Positions 60,289 through 64,000 of a stretch of DNA of 64,000 nucleotides are shown here, in pieces. Every line of letters begins with the position of its first letter. Position 1 is the stretch's first letter. Origin of the DNA: Spirochaetia bacterium (GTDB lineage: Bacteria > Spirochaetota > Spirochaetia > CAKZLE01); NCBI GenBank assembly GCA_963677595.1, contig OY782041.1:2304001-2368000 (forward strand), read 5' to 3'. The position numbers were made by a program, and so were the translations under genes. A model generated the notes under the pieces. The model ran no database searches and was not told the DNA's origin. It saw only the letters and a list, made by a program, of their open reading frames with translations.

Positions 60289-60519
60289 GTTGACCCCTCT
60301 TGTGATTGTAACCCCGGAAACCAAAACCGTCAATGTTACGTGTATGGATATACCGTAAACCGTACATATAGGATTAACGGTTTTGCTTGAAACCGTTAAA
60401 GTGAAATGTACGGTTTTTAAAGAAGGGAATCGCCTTCAATGCTACACACTCACATGGTCTCAATTCAAACAGCGGTAGGTGGAGGTGGGGTATGATTCGA
60501 TTGCGACAACAGGAAAACG

Positions 60520-61011
60520 CTAGTAGAATCGGGCTCCGGTCCTGCGAAGGAATGTGTAGGTGTCGATGTACGTGACGTCGAATACCTGACAGATATTCGG
60601 GATCTTCACCTTTTTCGCCCCAAGACCGACTGGTGCCTCCTGGGTGACAACGGTGAGATCCTGCACAGCTGCATACGAGATCACCCAGGCATCAGCTTTC
60701 TTGAGAAAGACCGCGGAGTTCTTTGCATCATAGGAACGGGTAACGTAATCAGCTATTTTCGAGAACCTGACTTGAACTTCAGAATCGGGGTCTTGGAACA
60801 AACCTGATAACTTCCTCTCCTTGACCCAGTGAGAAAGAAAGTCGTCTGCTTTATTGTCGTTGAGTTCCTTATAGACAAATGAAGGTGAGATGATACGTTG
60901 TTCTTCAACCAGATGGTCCAGCCAGTTCCAGAACCCGGGGACGATGTCATGGGCATACTCAAAGCGGTGTGACTGAATATAGACATTGGAATCAAGGCAA
61001 TAGGTGATCAC
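60520..61011 (-). CDS. DUF4411-family PIN-like protein
   Basis: YCLDSNVYI, PGFW.WL, FL..ADAWVI.YA, VVTQE, KIPNIC. Confidence 0.88.
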   Translation of the reverse strand: MITYCLDSNVYIQSHRFEYAHDIVPGFWNWLDHLVEEQRIISPSFVYKELNDNKADDFLSHWVKERKLSGLFQDPDSEVQVRFSKIADYVTRSYDAKNSAVFLKKADAWVISYAAVQDLTVVTQEAPVGLGAKKVKIPNICQVFDVTYIDTYTFLRRTGARFY

Positions 61012-62180
61012 GGGAAGCTCCGCATATCGATAAGCTTGTATACGACCGGAACACTCACACTCAGCAGATCAGCTGCATCCCGATAGAGCAGCCTTCGTTC
61101 CTTGATGCTCGAGATCACCGCATCGGTAAAGGATCTTCCGGTTTTTGCGAAGAATGTGTTATAGAAGTTGCCGCCGGAACTGCCTGCTGCTCTCGGTTTC
61201 TCAAGGTTGACATTCTCTTCAAGCATCTGATCATAGAGCTCGAAGAAGCTTTTCCTTGTAATCACTTTCGTTTCCAATAATCTTCTCATGACAACGATCG
61301 TGCTGATCTTGAAATCCTTGGATAGTTGAATGATCTGCTGGTAGTCTATTGCCGGAGATTTCTTTGGTAAGAGCGATTCAGGAGCCAGTAATTCGGCAGC
61401 AATCCGGTTACAGGTTCTTTCCAGGTCCTGAACATCATCAAGCTCCTGGTCATCGGGGTTCAGATTCGATATCCCGCTCTTGCCGAACCACAGGTGAGCA
61501 AGTTCATGGGCAAGTGTGAAGATCTGCCCTGCATAGCAGTCATTGGAATTGATGAAGATGTAGGGACTGTACTCATCGCAGAGGGCAAAACCACGGAATT
61601 CAGAGATGCTCAACTTGCGGTGAGTATTGTTCCCTACAACACCGCTCCTGATAACCGTGATTCCCGCTTGCTCGCAGATATCAATGATGGTTCTGAGGTA
61701 ATCAGGTCTGGAATTGACAGTGGAGAAGAGGTTCTCAGGCCAATCCAGAGTTTTTCGAATATCTGCAGCAATAGTATGAACAGGGTCTGTAAGGCTGAAC
61801 GATCCGATACACCTGAGAGGGGATTTCTCCTCCTCTTTACTATAGGCCGAATACCATTCCTGCTGCCGAAGGACGATGTTGATCATATCACGTAGATCAA
61901 TGCTCGCATCCTGGAATCGCAGATCTTTGATGGTTCGGAAGTCCGTAATAGGCAGTTCGTCGGCTTTGGGAGGAGTGGATAGATAGAGGTATCCGAATGG
62001 GATCTTGAGGATACGGCCGATATCCAACGCCTGATTGATGGTGGGGAAGGCTTCTCCGGTTTCCCAGGATTGATACTTATCAATATTGACGTGTATTTTA
62101 TCTGCTACGACCTGTTGAGGTACATCTAATCTTGTTCTTCCCCATCTGATGATCTCAGGGTTGATATAAGCAGTTGCCAT
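61008..62180 (-). CDS. XRE HTH - ImmA/IrrE zinc metallopeptidase fusion
   Basis: INPEIIRWGR...WETGEAFPT HTH, DFRT, EFRGF, FTLAHELAH, E..CN..AAELL; 4-bp overlap with DUF4411. Confidence 0.92.
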   Translation of the reverse strand: MATAYINPEIIRWGRTRLDVPQQVVADKIHVNIDKYQSWETGEAFPTINQALDIGRILKIPFGYLYLSTPPKADELPITDFRTIKDLRFQDASIDLRDMINIVLRQQEWYSAYSKEEEKSPLRCIGSFSLTDPVHTIAADIRKTLDWPENLFSTVNSRPDYLRTIIDICEQAGITVIRSGVVGNNTHRKLSISEFRGFALCDEYSPYIFINSNDCYAGQIFTLAHELAHLWFGKSGISNLNPDDQELDDVQDLERTCNRIAAELLAPESLLPKKSPAIDYQQIIQLSKDFKISTIVVMRRLLETKVITRKSFFELYDQMLEENVNLEKPRAAGSSGGNFYNTFFAKTGRSFTDAVISSIKERRLLYRDAADLLSVSVPVVYKLIDMRSFP

Positions 62181-62397
62181 TACTCTTACCTTACTAAAAT
62201 CCTTCTTTCCTTCAGTATATCATCTATCGGATCCACGTGAACGGTTAATTTAAAGTTTCCGATATCTCTTGAATGTATGAGAAAGCAGAAGCTTCTTCAA
62301 GGCTCGAAACGGTAAATGAGGGAGGAGGGTGATCTCTTGTTTGCCGTGCACTCTAAAACCATTGACTTCTATACTTCACCACGCATACAATTCCATC

Positions 62398-62521
62398 ATG
62401 CTGGATAGAGTACCCGCCTGCGAGCGGTTAAAAACAGCATAGGACACGCCGTATGTTCGGGCGTGCTCTGGGTGCATGACGATTTCGTTCTTTAAACGAG
62501 AGCAGTCATGCACCCTTCTTT
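62398..62521 (+). ncRNA. Candidate structured small RNA 1 (domain B, hairpin, terminator)
   Basis: TTGACT(62362)-18-TACAAT(62386); stems atgctg/cagcat, ccgc/gcgg, cacgcc/ggcgtg; 11-bp terminator stem gggtgcatgac/gtcatgcaccc followed by ttcttt. Confidence 0.5.
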
Positions 62522-62559
62522 GATTGACATCCTCCTGTCTCTGGGATGATAATACTGTT

Positions 62560-62686
62560 GTACCGGTGAAGTGACTGGGACTGCGGGCCTAGGAAGTACC
62601 CGGCACGAAGGACCGGACAGAGTACCCGTTATCATGCGGAATAAAAACGGTTCTTGTTTGGGACGCGCTCTTCGGAGCGCGTTTCA
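62560..62686 (+). ncRNA. Candidate structured small RNA 2 (domain A, domain B, UUCG hairpin)
   Basis: TTGACA(62524)-18-GATAAT(62548); shares one domain with each neighbour; ends acgcgctc-ttcg-gagcgcgt-ttc. Confidence 0.5.
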
Positions 62687-62727
62687 ACGAATATTGACTA
62701 ATGTGATCCCCAGGTAGATAATACAGT

Positions 62728-62814
62728 TGCATTCGCGAATAGACCGTGTCTGTGAACCGGGCAGTACCGAATGTGTAATGAAGCGCGCTCCTTGGGGTGC
62801 GTTTCACTTTTTTT
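62728..62814 (+). ncRNA. Candidate structured small RNA 3 (domain A, terminator)
   Basis: TTGACT(62694)-17-GATAAT(62717); stem gcattcg/cgaatgt; terminator tgaagcgcgctc-cttg-gggtgcgtttca followed by c and T7. Confidence 0.5.
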
Positions 62815-62971
62815 CGGAATCTATCCAAGTTGCGGTATATGATTTGCCAAACCCTTAGGCTCCACAAAGGCTGCCTCCTGTAACTGCCGGAGATCCTTCG
62901 AGGCTGAAGAAAGCCCTCAGCACTATCATATGCAACATACTCGGGCCAGGATCGGAGTAGGGGAAGAAACG

Positions 62972-63760
62972 ATGAGAACTACCATTTTCTGCTTTTCAGG
63001 GACAGGGAACAGTCTTGCCGCAGCAAGGGGCATCAGTAATATCCTTGGGGATACTGAGGTCATTCTCATCACCGACCTGCTCGATGCAGGCAGTATCGAG
63101 GTCTCCCAAGAGTGTGTCGGTATCGTCTGCCCGGTCTATTTCGGTGGGAATATCCCCCCGATCGTAGTGAGGTTCATGCAAAAGCTTGAACTGAAAGGGG
63201 TGAAGTACATCTTTGCTGTCACTACCGCCGGAGCGATGCACGGGAGATCTCTCGATCTCCTCTCAGAGTTGATCGATCGTCGTGGCGGGCATCTGCATGC
63301 CGGGTTCAAGCTCAGCATGCCGGGTAACTACATCGCCATGTACGGTGCCTGGCCTGCTGCCCTTCAGCAGTTGATGCTGAGAAGGAGTAGTAACAAGGTG
63401 AACAGGATCGCATATGCTATCAGGGACAAGAAGACGAACCGCCCGAACGTGACGAAGGAACGGGACATGACACCGCTTTCCGACCGGATGCCTGGTTATC
63501 ATCTGCTGGCCAGAGACTACCGGGTATCTGATGCCTGTACCGGCTGTCAGATCTGCTCAAAGGTCTGTCCTGCAGGGAATATCAGGATGAATAACGGCAA
63601 GCCTGAGTTCGGTGATCATTGTGAGCGCTGTATGGCCTGTATTCAATGGTGTCCGGTCAGGGCGATCGAATACAAGAATAAGACACAGAAAAGAAAACGA
63701 TACACGAATCCCCAGATCAAAGCAGCTGACCTGTTCAGGGAAGGAAACCATACATCATGA
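62972..63760 (+). CDS. EFR1-family flavodoxin-ferredoxin fusion
   Basis: FSGTGNS, MPGNYI, CTGCQICSKVCP and CERCMACIQWCP 4Fe-4S motifs. Confidence 0.93.
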   Translation: MRTTIFCFSGTGNSLAAARGISNILGDTEVILITDLLDAGSIEVSQECVGIVCPVYFGGNIPPIVVRFMQKLELKGVKYIFAVTTAGAMHGRSLDLLSELIDRRGGHLHAGFKLSMPGNYIAMYGAWPAALQQLMLRRSSNKVNRIAYAIRDKKTNRPNVTKERDMTPLSDRMPGYHLLARDYRVSDACTGCQICSKVCPAGNIRMNNGKPEFGDHCERCMACIQWCPVRAIEYKNKTQKRKRYTNPQIKAADLFREGNHTS

Positions 63761-63795
63761 GTACGAAACACTGGAATATTTGCAGAACTGGAAGA

Positions 63796-64000
63796 TCAGG
63801 ATAGACTTATTATCTGTAAGAATCGAGTTTGACACAATTTCGTCGGTAATCGGAACCGAACTTGAACCCGAAGTTCTTTAGGAAGACAGTCTTGCACTGA
63901 ATCCCAAACAAAAGCTCCCAGTTTCGGAATTTCCCTTATGTTGGGATACTTACTGCTGGGAGCGTATTCACAACATAACTCTGCATTTAGCTTAGTGATC
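63796..64000 (-). CDS. Possible 3' end of a gene entering from the right edge
   Basis: 68 codons from the edge to TGA (ITKLNAELCCEY...QIISLS*); no recognisable motif. Confidence 0.25.
   Translation of the reverse strand, partial: ITKLNAELCCEYAPSSKYPNIREIPKLGAFVWDSVQDCLPKELRVQVRFRLPTKLCQTRFLQIISLS

Noticed and set aside
50801-60785. Identical 16-mer acttgaacttcagaat at 50801-50816 and 60770-60785 as possible att sites
   Set aside because: The second copy lies inside the intact DUF4411 CDS, there is no integrase, and roughly one such match is expected by chance in 64 kb.
62398-62442. 14-codon ORF MLDRVPACERLKTA at the start of candidate RNA 1
   Set aside because: The second domain-B copy has no equivalent start and carries an indel; conservation follows base pairing rather than codons. 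Not fully excluded.
62560-62690. Known riboswitch assignments (c-di-GMP-I, ZTP, guanidine-II/III, T-box) for the RNA cassettes
   Set aside because: Only short fragments resemble them; the required conserved cores and pseudoknots are absent by eye. An Rfam scan is still needed.

Overview
Gene-dense, moderately GC-rich bacterial chromosomal window. A free-living spirochaete (Sphaerochaeta/Spirochaeta-like) origin is an inference from protein style only. Housekeeping and transport genes include a nitrilase, MFS, CoA-disulfide-reductase-like oxidoreductase, SatP, heterodimeric ABC exporter with MarR, MATE, ZIP and TrkAH. There are three GGDEF proteins, one HD-GYP protein, and a 2027-aa Ig/PKD-repeat surface protein with an 874-aa partner. 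The right half is defence-rich: a SauUSI-like PLD-helicase-DUF3427 protein, a complete Wadjet jetABCD, three AAA_14/DUF4143 ATPases, an orphan MNT and an XRE-ImmA + DUF4411 pair. Two mobile elements are delimited exactly by terminal inverted repeats and target duplications: a 1.63-kb non-autonomous IS derivative carrying a RelB/PIN toxin-antitoxin module (791-2420), and a 2.29-kb two-ORF ISAs1 element (30285-32570). The most unusual non-coding signals are three tandem promoter-structured RNA-terminator cassettes built from two shuffled, covarying RNA domains (62362-62814), and a 23-bp tandem repeat whose core recurs upstream of a second AAA/DUF4143 paralog. All calls come from reading the sequence; no database searches were run.
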